Shown here: piece after piece, positions 1 to 9,640 of the stretch
Layout: every line of letters begins with the position of its first letter
Numbering within the stretch: the stretch's first letter is position 1
Source of the DNA: a virus
Lineage: Duplodnaviria > Caudoviricetes
Strand: one strand, 5' to 3'
DNA: 35,610 nt
IMG/VR virus record: IMGVR_UViG_3300005286_000296
Coordinates: 1 to 35,610 of that record
Program-made: the position numbers and the translations under genes
Notes under the pieces: generated by a model
What the model was told of the DNA's origin: nothing
Databases searched by the model: none
What the model saw: the letters and a program-made list of their open reading frames with translations, nothing else

Positions 1-6
1 GAGGCG

Positions 7-2043
7 ATGAAGGAGCGGGCGCGGCTCCGCAACGCCATGCTCTCGCTCTCGGGACGCGACATCGGCGACCTGCCCCCCGTAGCCGATCCGGGGAGGAAGG
101 AGAAGGCGGCGCGGGACTTCGGATACTTCTGCGACGCCTACTTCGCCCAGACGTTCCATCTCCCCTGGTCGCCCGACCATCTGCGCGTGGTCGCCAAGAT
201 CGAGCAGGCGGTCCTCGAGGGTGGGCTGTTTGCGATGGCGATGCCGCGCGGCAGCGGCAAGACCAGTCTCTGCGAGGTCGCGTGCCTGTGGGCGATGCTG
301 TACGGCCACCGCGACTTCGTGGCGCTGATCGGCTCCGACGAAGAGCACGCCGCCGGGATGCTCGAGTCGATCAAGGCCGAGCTGGAGAACAGCGAACTGC
401 TCGCGGGCGACTTTCCTGAGGTCTGCCACCCGATCCGGGCGCTGGAAGGCATCCACCAGCGGGCGTCTGGGCAGCTCTTCCAGGGGAAGCAGACGCACAT
501 CGGGTGGACGGCGAAAGAGATCGTGCTGCCGACGATCCCGGGCTCGCCGGCAGCGGGCGCCATCATCCGTGTCGCGGGGATCACCGGCCGCATCCGAGGC
601 ATGAAGCACAAGCGGGCCGACGGGACATCGGCCCGCCCGTCGCTGGTGCTCATCGACGACCCGCAGACCGATGAGAGCGCCCGGTCACCCTCGCAGTGCG
701 CCAACCGGGAGCGCATCCTCGCCGGCGCGATCCTCGGTCTCGCCGGGCCCGGCAAGAAGATCGCCGGGCTGATGACCCTGACGGTCGTCCGCCCCGACGA
801 CCTGGCCGACCGCATCCTTGACCGGGAGAAGCACCCGCAGTGGCAGGGCGAGCGGACGAAGATGGTGTACGCGTTCCCGGTGCGCGAGTCGCTGTGGCAG
901 CGGTACGCGGAGCTGCGGGCGGAGGGGCTGCGGAACGACCGGGGCCTGGCCGACGCCACCGCGTTCTACGGTCAGCACCGTTCCGCGATGGACGAGGGGG
1001 CGCAGGTCGCCTGGCCGGAGCGGTACAACCACGACGAACTCTCCGCCGTCCAGCACGCGATGAACCTGAAGCTGCAGGACGAGGCGGCGTTCTATGCCGA
1101 GTACCAGAACGAGCCGCTGCCCGAGGTGCAGGCGATCGATGACCTGCTCAGCGCGGACCAGATCGCGGCGAAGGTATCGGGGCACCAGCGGGGCGAGGTG
1201 CCGATCGGCTGCACGCGGCTGACGATGTTCGTAGATGTGCAGGGCAAGGCGCTGTTCTACCTCGTCGCCGCGTGGGAGGACGACTTCACCGGGTGCGTCA
1301 TCGACTACGGCACCGAGCCGGACCAGAAGGCGGCGTACTTCACGCTCCGCGACATGCGGCGCACGCTGGCGACCGCCGCGCCTCGGGCCGGCGTCGAAGG
1401 AGCGATCTACGCCGGGCTGGAGCGTCTGATGGCGTCCTACCTCGCCCGCGAGTGGCGGCGAGACGACGGCGCGATGGTCAGGATCGACCGCTGTCTCATC
1501 GACGCCAACTGGGGGTCGTCCACTGATGTCGTCTACCAGTTCTGCCGCCAGAGCCCGCACGCGGGCGTGCTGATGCCCAGCCACGGTCGGTACGTGGGGG
1601 CGTCGAGCATCCCGTTCTCCGACTACAGGCGCAAGCGCGGCGAACGTATAGGCCTGAACTGGCGGGTGCCGGTGGTGACCGGAAAGCGGGCGGTGCGGCA
1701 CATCGTCTTCGACACGAACTACTGGAAGTCGTTCGTGCATGCCCGGCTCGCCGTCCCGATGGGCGACCCCGGCTGCCTGTCGCTGTTCGGCAGCAAGCCC
1801 GAGCCGCACCGCCTCATCGCCGAGCATCTCACCAGCGAATACCGAGTCAAGACCGAAGGGCGTGGCCGGACGGTGGACGAGTGGAAGCTCCGCGTCGAGG
1901 GTCTCGACAACCACTGGCTCGACTGCCTGGTGGGAGCGGCCGTTGCGGCGTCGATGGAGGGCGCGGTGCTGTTCGGCACGGACACACGGGCCGTGGCGAA
2001 GCCGCGCATGAAGCTGTCGGCCATTCAGGGAGGGCGTCGCTGA
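7..2043 (+). CDS. Phage terminase large subunit (GpA-like); may begin upstream of the window
   Basis: Walker A PRGSGKT, Walker B LVLIDDPQ, C-terminal nuclease motifs (FVDVQ, LIDANWG, DNHWLDC). The frame is open back to base 1. Confidence 0.9.
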   Translation: MKERARLRNAMLSLSGRDIGDLPPVADPGRKEKAARDFGYFCDAYFAQTFHLPWSPDHLRVVAKIEQAVLEGGLFAMAMPRGSGKTSLCEVACLWAMLYGHRDFVALIGSDEEHAAGMLESIKAELENSELLAGDFPEVCHPIRALEGIHQRASGQLFQGKQTHIGWTAKEIVLPTIPGSPAAGAIIRVAGITGRIRGMKHKRADGTSARPSLVLIDDPQTDESARSPSQCANRERILAGAILGLAGPGKKIAGLMTLTVVRPDDLADRILDREKHPQWQGERTKMVYAFPVRESLWQRYAELRAEGLRNDRGLADATAFYGQHRSAMDEGAQVAWPERYNHDELSAVQHAMNLKLQDEAAFYAEYQNEPLPEVQAIDDLLSADQIAAKVSGHQRGEVPIGCTRLTMFVDVQGKALFYLVAAWEDDFTGCVIDYGTEPDQKAAYFTLRDMRRTLATAAPRAGVEGAIYAGLERLMASYLAREWRRDDGAMVRIDRCLIDANWGSSTDVVYQFCRQSPHAGVLMPSHGRYVGASSIPFSDYRRKRGERIGLNWRVPVVTGKRAVRHIVFDTNYWKSFVHARLAVPMGDPGCLSLFGSKPEPHRLIAEHLTSEYRVKTEGRGRTVDEWKLRVEGLDNHWLDCLVGAAVAASMEGAVLFGTDTRAVAKPRMKLSAIQGGRR

Positions 2044-2228
2044 TGCCGAGGGCACGAACCGCCGCTCCATCGCAACGGGGACAGAAGGTCGGGCTCGTTT
2101 GCCGGGCCTGCGGCTGCCAGCACTTCCGGGTCGTGTACGTGAAGCACCGGCCCGGCGGGGTTGTAGTGCGCCGCCGCGAGTGCCGCAACTGCGGGCGAGG
2201 CATGCTGACGCGAGAAGCCCAGGTCTGA
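2043..2228 (+). CDS. Small zinc-ribbon protein (NrdR N-terminal/Ogr-like), 61 aa
   Basis: TGATG overlap with the terminase stop; CRACGC...VRRRECRNCG pattern resembles the NrdR zinc ribbon. Confidence 0.7.
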   Translation: MPRARTAAPSQRGQKVGLVCRACGCQHFRVVYVKHRPGGVVVRRRECRNCGRGMLTREAQV

Positions 2229-2329
2229 GGTCGATCTATCGACCGAACTGTGCGCGGCGTTCGCCATTTTCGAAGCGGTTCGCGTAGATGGCCCGTAGAC
2301 GCGGCGCGGTGCCGCGGCTCGGAGCGATC

Positions 2330-2551
2330 ATGCCGGACCCCGCCCCCCTCACCCCAGATCTCGAACAGGCCATCCGCGACAACGCGGCGGGGCCGAAGCG
2401 CGCGCAGGGGGATGCGGGCAGCGTCGAGCAGCACTCGCTGCCGGATCAAATCGAGGCGGCGAAGTTCCTGGCGAGTGCCGAGGCGGCGAAGAAGCCCGCC
2501 AAAGCCCTGCGCCTCACGCGGTTGATCCCGCCCGGCGCGGAGGGCGGATGA
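2330..2551 (+). CDS. Putative head-completion protein (gpW-like position)
   Basis: GGAG upstream of ATG 2330; 73 aa; lies between terminase and portal; its stop overlaps the portal start. Confidence 0.6.
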   Translation: MPDPAPLTPDLEQAIRDNAAGPKRAQGDAGSVEQHSLPDQIEAAKFLASAEAAKKPAKALRLTRLIPPGAEGG

Positions 2552-4020
2552 TGTTTGGATTCTTCCGATCCAAGCCGAACTCCCCGCCCGTCCAGCCCCT
2601 TGCCAGGGCCAAGGGAGGCTTCTTCCGTCGCCTTCTCCGGGCTGGGTTCGATTCCGCTGTCACCACCGACCACAACCGCAAGCACTGGGCCGGTGCGGAC
2701 GGCCTGAGCGCGGATGCGGCCGCGTCGCCCGAGGTTCGGCGGACGCTCCGCAACCGCGCCCGGTACGAGGCGGCGAACAACTCCTACGCCAGAGGGATCG
2801 TGCTGACCCTCGCCAACGACGTGGTCGGCACCGGTCCCCGCCTGCAACTGCTCACGGAGGACGACGGCGGAAACGAGCGGATCGAGCAGGCGTTCATGGC
2901 ATGGGCGAAGGCGATCGGGCTGCCGGAGAAGCTCCGCACGATGCGGGCCTCCCGCGCCACGGACGGCGAGGTCTTCGGCGTGCTTGTGAACAACCCGCGC
3001 CTGCCGACGCCCGTGAAACTCGACATCCGGCTCGTCGAAGCCGACCAGGTCACGACACCGGACCTCTGGCCCGTGGACGAGAACGCCGTGGACGGCATCG
3101 TCTTTGACGTCGCGGGCAACCCGTCGGAGTACCACATCCTGAAGGCGCATCCGGGCGACACGCGCTCGGGCTACCTCGGTGTGGAGTACGACCGCGTCCC
3201 CGCCGAGTCGGTGATTCACTACTTCCGCAGCGACCGGCCGGGGCAGAGCCGGGGCGTCCCGGACATCACGCCCGCGCTCCCACTCTTCGCGCAGCTCCGC
3301 CGGTTCACACTCGCGGTGCTCGGCGCGGCGGAGACCGCCGCCGACTTCGCGGGCATCCTTTACACCGATGCCCCCGCTAACGGCGAGGCCGAGAGCGTGG
3401 AGCCGATGGACGCCATCGAGCTCGAGGCTCGCTCGCTCCTCACCATGCCCGGCGGCTGGAAGATGGCGCAGGTGCAGGCCGAGCAGCCCGCGACCACCTA
3501 CGCCGAGTTCAAGCGCGAGATCCTCAACGAGATCGCCCGCTGCCTGAACATGCCGTTCAACGTCGCAGCGTGCAACTCCTCGGGGTACAACTACGCCAGC
3601 GGTCGCCTTGACCACCAGACCTACTTCAAGAGCATCCGCGTCGAGCAGGAGCACCTGGCGTGCGTCGTGCTCGACCGACTCCTGCACGCCTGGCTGCGTG
3701 AAGCGGTGCTCGTCACCGACCTGCTGCCGCTCCGCGTGCGCACGCTCATCGCCACCGGACAGTCCCCACCCCGCCAGTGGTTCTGGGATGGGAACGAGCA
3801 CGTCGATCCCGCCAAGGAGGCGACAGCGCAGGCGACGCGGCTGAGCTCCAACACCACGACCCTGGCCGCGGAGTTCGCCAAGCAGGGGCGTGACTGGGAA
3901 TCCGAGCTGCGGCAGCGGGCCAAGGAGGTCGCGCTGATGAAGGAGCTCGGGCTGGGCGTTGAGCAGGCGAAGCCGCTCCAGCCGACGCCCGCGGGCGAGG
4001 AGACCGACGATGCCGAATGA
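2548..4020 (+). CDS. Phage portal protein, lambda family
   Basis: 490 aa; motifs RARYEAANNSYARG, RPGQSRGVP, YNYASGRLD, HVDPAKEA typical of lambda-type portals; synteny. Confidence 0.9.
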   Translation: MMFGFFRSKPNSPPVQPLARAKGGFFRRLLRAGFDSAVTTDHNRKHWAGADGLSADAAASPEVRRTLRNRARYEAANNSYARGIVLTLANDVVGTGPRLQLLTEDDGGNERIEQAFMAWAKAIGLPEKLRTMRASRATDGEVFGVLVNNPRLPTPVKLDIRLVEADQVTTPDLWPVDENAVDGIVFDVAGNPSEYHILKAHPGDTRSGYLGVEYDRVPAESVIHYFRSDRPGQSRGVPDITPALPLFAQLRRFTLAVLGAAETAADFAGILYTDAPANGEAESVEPMDAIELEARSLLTMPGGWKMAQVQAEQPATTYAEFKREILNEIARCLNMPFNVAACNSSGYNYASGRLDHQTYFKSIRVEQEHLACVVLDRLLHAWLREAVLVTDLLPLRVRTLIATGQSPPRQWFWDGNEHVDPAKEATAQATRLSSNTTTLAAEFAKQGRDWESELRQRAKEVALMKELGLGVEQAKPLQPTPAGEETDDAE

Positions 4021-6100
4021 GCGACTGCTGAATCTCTGCGCGCCCGTCGGTGGGTGGATCGAGGCCGGCCCACCGACCGGCGACGCGAGCGCGCCCGCGC
4101 TGCGTCGGTTCTCGATGACGGCCTACACGGGCGGCCCCATGATGCTCGCCGGTTGGCCGCACCCTGTCGTGGTCGATCTGGCTGGGCTCCAGGTCGCCGG
4201 TGGTGGGACGAAAAGCCGCCCGATCCTCAAGGACCACAACCGCTCCCTCATCGTCGGCCATACCGACTCGGTCCGCGTCGAGGGGTCGCAGCTGCTGGTG
4301 TCCGGCGTCATCTCCGGCGCTGGGCCGGTGGCTCGCGAGATTGTCGAGAGCAGCCGCAACGGGTTCCCGTGGCAGGCCTCGCTGGGCGCGATGGCGCAGC
4401 CGGGCGGGATGGAGTTCGTGCCCAAGGGCAAGAGGGCGGTCGCCAACGGCCGCGAGTTCGAGGGGCCGGTCCACATTGCCCGCCGCAGCGTGCTGGGCGA
4501 GGTGAGCTTCGTGGCCCTCGGTGCGGATGACAACACGACCGCGAGCGTCGCGGCGGCAGCGATCAAGGAGGACGACATGACGTTCGCTCAGTGGCTCACC
4601 GCCAAGGGCTTCGAGGCCGCGACGCTCACCGAGGCGCAGAAGGCAAGCCTCCAGGCGATGTTCGACAACGAGCAGAAGGCGGCCGCCGTCACCGCGACCG
4701 CGACGGATGTGGACCCCGAAGGGGACGGCCGCGCGGATGTCATCGCCCGCATCCGGGCCGAGACCGCCGCGGAAACAAAGCGCATCGCCGAGGTCCGCCG
4801 CATCTGTGCAGTTGGGAACGGCAAGCACGCGGAACTGGAGGCGAAGGCCATCGCCGAGGGGTGGGACCTGAACAAGACCGAGCTCGAGGTGCTCCGCGCC
4901 GAGCGCCCGGCCCTGCGCTCGGGCGGGGTCCGCACTGACGCAGACCCCGCCCAGGCGGGGCGGGCCATCGAGGCCGCGCTCTGCCTGTCGGCGGGTCTGC
5001 CCGAGAAGCAGGTTGGTCAGTGGTACGACGATAAGACCATGAACGCGGCCGTCGGACACGACCTGCGCGGGGCCGGTCTGCACACGCTCATCTACGAGAC
5101 CATCCGCGCCGGCGGCGAGCACGTGCGCCCGGGCCGGGTGGACAACGACACCATCCGGGCCGCGTTCAACGCCGACCGCCGGCTCATCCAGGCGACGGGC
5201 GGGTTCTCAACCATCTCGCTGTCGGGCATCCTGTCCAACGTCGCCAACAAGACCATGCTCGCGGCATACACCGCCGTCGAGAGCGTGGTCGCCATGTTCT
5301 GCGCCGAGACCGACGTGAACGACTTCAAGGAGGTCACGCGCTACCGCCTCACCGGCAACGGCGTCTTCGAGAAGGTCGGTCCGGACGGCGAGCTCAAGCA
5401 CGCCGGCCTCTCGGAGCAGGCGTTCACGAACAAGGTCGAGACGTACGGCCGCATGATCGCTCTGACGCGGCAGATGATGATCAACGACGACCTGGGGGCG
5501 TTCCTCCAGATCCCGCGCATCATCGGTCGGATGTCGGCGCTCAAGCGGGAGGAGGCGGTCTTCGAGCTGCTCCTCTCGAACCCGGCCAACTTCTTCAGCG
5601 TCGGCAACAAGAACTTCATCTCGGGGGCGGCCACCGCCCTCAGCATCGACGCGCTCACGCAGGCCGAGCAGTCCTTCCTGGATCAGACCGATACGGACGG
5701 CAAGCCCATCCTGCTCACGCCGTCCGTGCTGCTGGTGCCGTCGTCCCTCAAGGTCGCGGCGCAGGTGCTGATGACCGAGACCCGGATCAACGAGACCACC
5801 ACGACGGACAAGGGCAAGCCCGCCGTGAACCCGCACGCCGGGAAGTGGAAGCCGGTGGCCTCGCCGTACCTCAACGCCCAGGGGCTGACCGGCGGCAGCG
5901 CCAAGGCCTGGTACCTCTTCGCCAATCCCGCCGACGTGGCCGCGATCGAGATCGCGTACCTGCGCGGCAAGCGCACCCCGACGATCGAGAGCGGCGACAC
6001 GGACTTCAACACCCTGGGCATGCAGTGGCGCGGCTACTTCGACTTCGGCGTCGCCATGCAGGACTTCCGCGCGGCGGTCAAGAGCAAGGGTGAAGCCTGA
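4010..6100 (+). CDS. Fused prohead protease / major capsid protein
   Basis: ATG 4010 after GAGGAG. N-terminal protease motifs (AYTGG, ILKDH, WQASLG, EVSFVALGAD), a scaffold-like linker, and a C-terminal capsid domain (VNDFK, TYGRMIALTRQMMINDDLGAF, FDFGVA). Confidence 0.88.
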   Translation: MPNERLLNLCAPVGGWIEAGPPTGDASAPALRRFSMTAYTGGPMMLAGWPHPVVVDLAGLQVAGGGTKSRPILKDHNRSLIVGHTDSVRVEGSQLLVSGVISGAGPVAREIVESSRNGFPWQASLGAMAQPGGMEFVPKGKRAVANGREFEGPVHIARRSVLGEVSFVALGADDNTTASVAAAAIKEDDMTFAQWLTAKGFEAATLTEAQKASLQAMFDNEQKAAAVTATATDVDPEGDGRADVIARIRAETAAETKRIAEVRRICAVGNGKHAELEAKAIAEGWDLNKTELEVLRAERPALRSGGVRTDADPAQAGRAIEAALCLSAGLPEKQVGQWYDDKTMNAAVGHDLRGAGLHTLIYETIRAGGEHVRPGRVDNDTIRAAFNADRRLIQATGGFSTISLSGILSNVANKTMLAAYTAVESVVAMFCAETDVNDFKEVTRYRLTGNGVFEKVGPDGELKHAGLSEQAFTNKVETYGRMIALTRQMMINDDLGAFLQIPRIIGRMSALKREEAVFELLLSNPANFFSVGNKNFISGAATALSIDALTQAEQSFLDQTDTDGKPILLTPSVLLVPSSLKVAAQVLMTETRINETTTTDKGKPAVNPHAGKWKPVASPYLNAQGLTGGSAKAWYLFANPADVAAIEIAYLRGKRTPTIESGDTDFNTLGMQWRGYFDFGVAMQDFRAAVKSKGEA

Positions 6101-6192
6101 TGGCGGATGAGGTTCCGACTGGTGGTGGGAAAGAAGGCGAAGTTGAGCCGGACGGTACAGACGGACCTGGAGCCGGCGCAGGAGGATCACAG

Positions 6193-6525
6193 ATGCCAAC
6201 AACGTATGTCCACGAAGGCGCGGCGATCGATTACACGCCGGGGGCCGACACTCCCGCCGGGACGGTCGTCGTGCAGAACGAACTGGTCGGCGTCACGCGC
6301 GTGGACCTCAAGGCGGGTCAGCTCGGATCGCTCGCAGTGCAGGGTGTGTTCGACTTCCCCAAGGCCACGGGCGTCGGCACCGGCAACCCCGCCGGCGGCC
6401 TGGCCTACTGGGACAACACCAACAAAGTCGCCACCAAGACCGCGACCGGCAACAAGCTCATCGGCAAGGTCGTCAAGACCGCTGCGGATGCGGACACGGT
6501 CATGCGCATCCGCATGTCGCAGTAA
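6193..6525 (+). CDS. DUF2190 family capsid cement/decoration protein (alternative in-frame start at 6100)
   Basis: GGAGG at 6181-6185; YVHEGAAIDYTP...GVFDFPK...YWD...LIGK pattern; directly follows the capsid gene. Confidence 0.8.
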   Translation: MPTTYVHEGAAIDYTPGADTPAGTVVVQNELVGVTRVDLKAGQLGSLAVQGVFDFPKATGVGTGNPAGGLAYWDNTNKVATKTATGNKLIGKVVKTAADADTVMRIRMSQ

Positions 6526-6537
6526 GGAGCGCTCCCG

Positions 6538-6921
6538 GTGGCGGACCTGCTCGAACAGGGCGCGGCGTTCCTGGACGACCAGCGGCACAAGCACATGAGC
6601 CGCGCCGTGGTGTACCAGCGCGGCGCGGAGTCCAAGGAGGTGTCCGCCACGATCGGGCGCACCGAGTTCGAGCAGGCCGACGAGGCGGGGCTGATCCGCC
6701 GCGTCGAGTCGCGGGACTTCCTGATCCGGACGGCGGACCTGGACCTCGGCTCGGGCCTCACGCTCCCACGGGCCGGTGATCGAGTACGAGAGTCAGCCGG
6801 AACGCAGGTGTTCGTGTACGAGGTCAACGCGCCCGGCGGGCAGCCGCCCTTCAGGTACAGCGACCCGTACCGCAAGGTTCTTCGGATTCACACCAAGCAC
6901 ATCGGGACGGAGACGACGTGA
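6538..6921 (+). CDS. Putative head-tail joining/closure protein
   Basis: GTG start after AAGGAG; 127 aa; PRAGDRV motif; position after DUF2190. Confidence 0.65.
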   Translation: MADLLEQGAAFLDDQRHKHMSRAVVYQRGAESKEVSATIGRTEFEQADEAGLIRRVESRDFLIRTADLDLGSGLTLPRAGDRVRESAGTQVFVYEVNAPGGQPPFRYSDPYRKVLRIHTKHIGTETT

Positions 6922-7175
6922 CCAACGGGAACGGCCAGAACGGGACGAAGGCGAGGTGGGCGGGCGTGCTCGTCACGGTGGTGCTCGCCGCCGGCACAAT
7001 GACCGTGCAGTGGGGCGTGGTGACCACCAAGCTCCAGCAGGTCGAGAAGCGGCTCGACGAGTTCATCGGCGAGGCACGGTCGATCCGCGCCGACTACCAG
7101 GCGATGGAGCGGCGCGTCTCCTACCTGGAGGGCAAGGTGGCCGGCCTGAACGCGGCGCTGGAGGCCCGTCCATGA
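6918..7175 (+). CDS. Small membrane-anchored coiled-coil phage protein
   Basis: GTGA overlap; hydrophobic WAGVLVTVVLAAGTMTVQW followed by a heptad-like helix. Confidence 0.65.
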   Translation: MTNGNGQNGTKARWAGVLVTVVLAAGTMTVQWGVVTTKLQQVEKRLDEFIGEARSIRADYQAMERRVSYLEGKVAGLNAALEARP

Positions 7176-7381
7176 GCACCATCGCCGCCATCGCCGACGC
7201 GGTCGCCGCGCACATCAACGCCGGGACCTTCGCTCAGCCGGTGAGCGCCGAGCGGATGTACCAGCCCGCCTTCACGCTGGAGGACCTCAAGGACCTGCGC
7301 GTGTCGGTGGTGCCGCGGACGGTCGGCATCTCCGCCGCCAGCCGCGACAGCAGCATCGTCGAGTGCGTCATCGATGTGGGC
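7172..7381 (+). pseudogene. Truncated tail-completion/terminator-like gene
   Basis: ATGA overlap. Phage-like codon usage for 70 codons (MSTIAAIADAV...CVIDVG), after which the frame runs into the antisense strand of an unrelated gene. Confidence 0.7.
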
Positions 7382-7406
7382 ACGATCTTGTCCGCCAGCA
7401 TGGATG

Positions 7407-7817
7407 CTACTCGGCGCCGTCGTTCTGCGGCGTGCGCTCAGGCTTCGTCGGGGACACACAAAGCCCGATGGTCAGCACTGCGAGCGCGTGGAAGCACGCT
7501 CTCAACAGCGTCTCCGTCCAGGCCGTGCTTCCCGCCGCGAGCGCCCGTTCCACGACAACCGCAACCCCCAGCGTGAGCCCGGCGAGGACGACGGACAGCA
7601 GCGTGGACGCGGCAAGCCGTCCGACCGCGAGCGAGTCCGGACCTCCCGTGCTTCGGACGCTCATGGAGTGACGCACGAGCGCGAGCACCAAGACCCCCAC
7701 CATCGCGCCGAATCCCCATGCCGGCACGTGCAGCGGCGGGCGGGAGGCGGCGTTGGCGGTACCCCACACGAACATCGTCGCCACCCCGAGCACGGCGCCG
7801 AGTAGGCGGGTGAGCAT
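7407..7817 (-). CDS. Small multi-TM membrane protein (about 4 helices), putative immunity protein
   Basis: ATG 7817 with a GGAGGT RBS; 136 aa with four hydrophobic segments; starts 14 nt downstream of 7832..8569. Confidence 0.65.
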   Translation of the reverse strand: MLTRLLGAVLGVATMFVWGTANAASRPPLHVPAWGFGAMVGVLVLALVRHSMSVRSTGGPDSLAVGRLAASTLLSVVLAGLTLGVAVVVERALAAGSTAWTETLLRACFHALAVLTIGLCVSPTKPERTPQNDGAE

Positions 7818-7831
7818 CGCGGCACCTCCGA

Positions 7832-8569
7832 TCAGATGAACTCTTCCGCGAACGCCCAGATGATCGCGCCGATCAGCCAGATCCATCCCACGACGGGGAT
7901 GAACTTGGCGAGGATTTTCCCGACCACCTTGGCCGCGGCGGCACGCCCGATGCGCCTCGCAAGACGCTCGAAGAACTCGCTCGAAATAATGATGTCCAGC
8001 AGCTTCTTGAGCAACGCCCGAACGCGCTTCCAATCGCGCCGCGTGATCGCCTCTCCGAGGTCCTTCAGGATGTTGCCCCAGCCTTCCTGGAGAACGGCCA
8101 GGAATGCTTCGTAGAACTCGGTCACGCCGAGAATGGCGAGGATCTTCGCCAGCGCCTTGCGGGCAAGGTCCTCCGGCCCCATGGCCGCCACCCAGCTCGG
8201 CACGACAAGCTTGAGATCGGGAACCTCGACCGACAGTTGCTGTTCTGTCTGGGCCACCAGGGCCTCGAATGCGCTGTAGTTCAGGCAGGTCCAGTCGTAG
8301 ACGTCGATCTTCTCCCCTTCGACGGTGATGGTCGCGGCCGTATCGATGCCGATGCTCTGCGCGAACTCCTTGACGAACGCCTTGATCTCGCAGGCGTAGT
8401 CAAAGAACGCTGCGGTCTGGGTGTGGCTCGCCTTGGCCGTACCCGGCAAGGACTGGTCCATGTCGACCGCGCGATTCACCAGATCGCTGAGGAAGAGCTT
8501 CCCTTCCCATGCCGGAAACGGCTTGTATAGGCTCAGGAGCTCGACGGCGAACTTGGACGTTGCAGCCAT
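7832..8569 (-). CDS. Hypothetical protein with amphipathic/cationic helical C-terminus (putative membrane-active toxin)
   Basis: 245 aa, GGAGG RBS, good codon bias; ends RRIGRAAAAKVVGKILAKFIPVVGWIWLIGAIIWAF. Confidence 0.75.
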   Translation of the reverse strand: MAATSKFAVELLSLYKPFPAWEGKLFLSDLVNRAVDMDQSLPGTAKASHTQTAAFFDYACEIKAFVKEFAQSIGIDTAATITVEGEKIDVYDWTCLNYSAFEALVAQTEQQLSVEVPDLKLVVPSWVAAMGPEDLARKALAKILAILGVTEFYEAFLAVLQEGWGNILKDLGEAITRRDWKRVRALLKKLLDIIISSEFFERLARRIGRAAAAKVVGKILAKFIPVVGWIWLIGAIIWAFAEEFI

Positions 8570-8607
8570 GGCGTGTCCTCCGATTCGGGACTTGGTACTG
8601 CCCTGTG

Positions 8608-8636
8608 ATTGTACTTGCTACCCGCCGAGCGGTCAA
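8608..8636 (-). promoter_or_regulatory. Near-consensus sigma70 promoter TTGACC-N17-TACAAT
   Basis: Minus strand: -35 at 8636-8631, 17 nt spacer, -10 at 8613-8608, about 40 nt upstream of ATG 8569. Confidence 0.75.
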
Positions 8637-8930
8637 GGACAGGGCACCCCTGCGGGTGGTGCCCGCGGGCGTGCTGCCTCCTGCCAACTTTCATGGCTCG
8701 GGCGTCCGCTTCCAGTGCCTTCGTGAACGCCGTCCCGAGGGCGCGGGTCGCCGGCGGAGATCCGCTGTCGGTGATCTCCGCCTCAAGTCCCTCCATCATC
8801 GGCCCGACGATGGAGAGCGGCGGGGCGCGGCTCGCGTGAGCGGCGCTTTCGCCGGGCATCGGCCGGGCCGCGCGACTTCCCCAGGCGCGACGCCGACCAC
8901 AATCGCCGCGCTCGCGGCGGAGGTGTTCTT

Positions 8931-9614
8931 ATGGGGACTTACCCGCGTGACCGTCAGCAGTTCCTTCTCTGGTGCGAGGCGCACTTTCCCGTGTGGGAAT
9001 CCGCCCCGGCGGCCATCGGCCTCACCGCCGCACAGACCGCCGCCTTCAAGACGGCGACCAACACGATGCGCGCCCGCGTGAACGCCCAGAAGGCCGCGCA
9101 GGACGCCGCCAAGGCCGCGACCGAATCCGCCGGGCAGCAGGAGCGCGTCCTCCGCGAGAACGCCGGCGACCTCGTGCGCTCCATCCGCGCCTTCGCCGAG
9201 AACAGCAACAACCCCAACGTCTACGTGCAGGCGCAGATCCCGGCGCCGCAGCCCGCCTCGCCCGTCCCGCCGCCGGGCCAGCCCGAGAACTTCCGCGTCG
9301 AACTCAACCCGGGCGGGTCGATCACCATCCGCTGGAAGGCCCGCCACCCGCAGGGCTCCGACCGCGTGGTCTACTTCGTCCGCCGCAAACTCCCCGGACA
9401 GACCGCCTTCACGCTCCTGGGCGGCACGGGCGAGAAGGCGTTCACCGACGAGACGCTCCCCGCCGGGGCCGCGAGCGCGACCTACATCGTGCAGGCCCAG
9501 CGCGGCAACATCAGTGGCCCGCCCAGCCAGCAACTCACGATCTCCTTCGGCGTCGGCGGGCCGGGCCTCACCATCGCCAGTGTCACCGAGGGCCCGACGC
9601 GCCTGGCGGCGTAG
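8931..9614 (+). CDS. Helical N-domain plus fibronectin type III-like domain protein
   Basis: GGAGGT RBS; Pro-rich linker PAPQPASPVPPPGQP followed by an Fn3-like pattern (ITIRW, VVYFVRR, FTD, TYIVQAQR). Confidence 0.75.
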   Translation: MGTYPRDRQQFLLWCEAHFPVWESAPAAIGLTAAQTAAFKTATNTMRARVNAQKAAQDAAKAATESAGQQERVLRENAGDLVRSIRAFAENSNNPNVYVQAQIPAPQPASPVPPPGQPENFRVELNPGGSITIRWKARHPQGSDRVVYFVRRKLPGQTAFTLLGGTGEKAFTDETLPAGAASATYIVQAQRGNISGPPSQQLTISFGVGGPGLTIASVTEGPTRLAA

Positions 9615-9640
9615 GCGCGTGGAGTCCTCGCGTGACCCTC

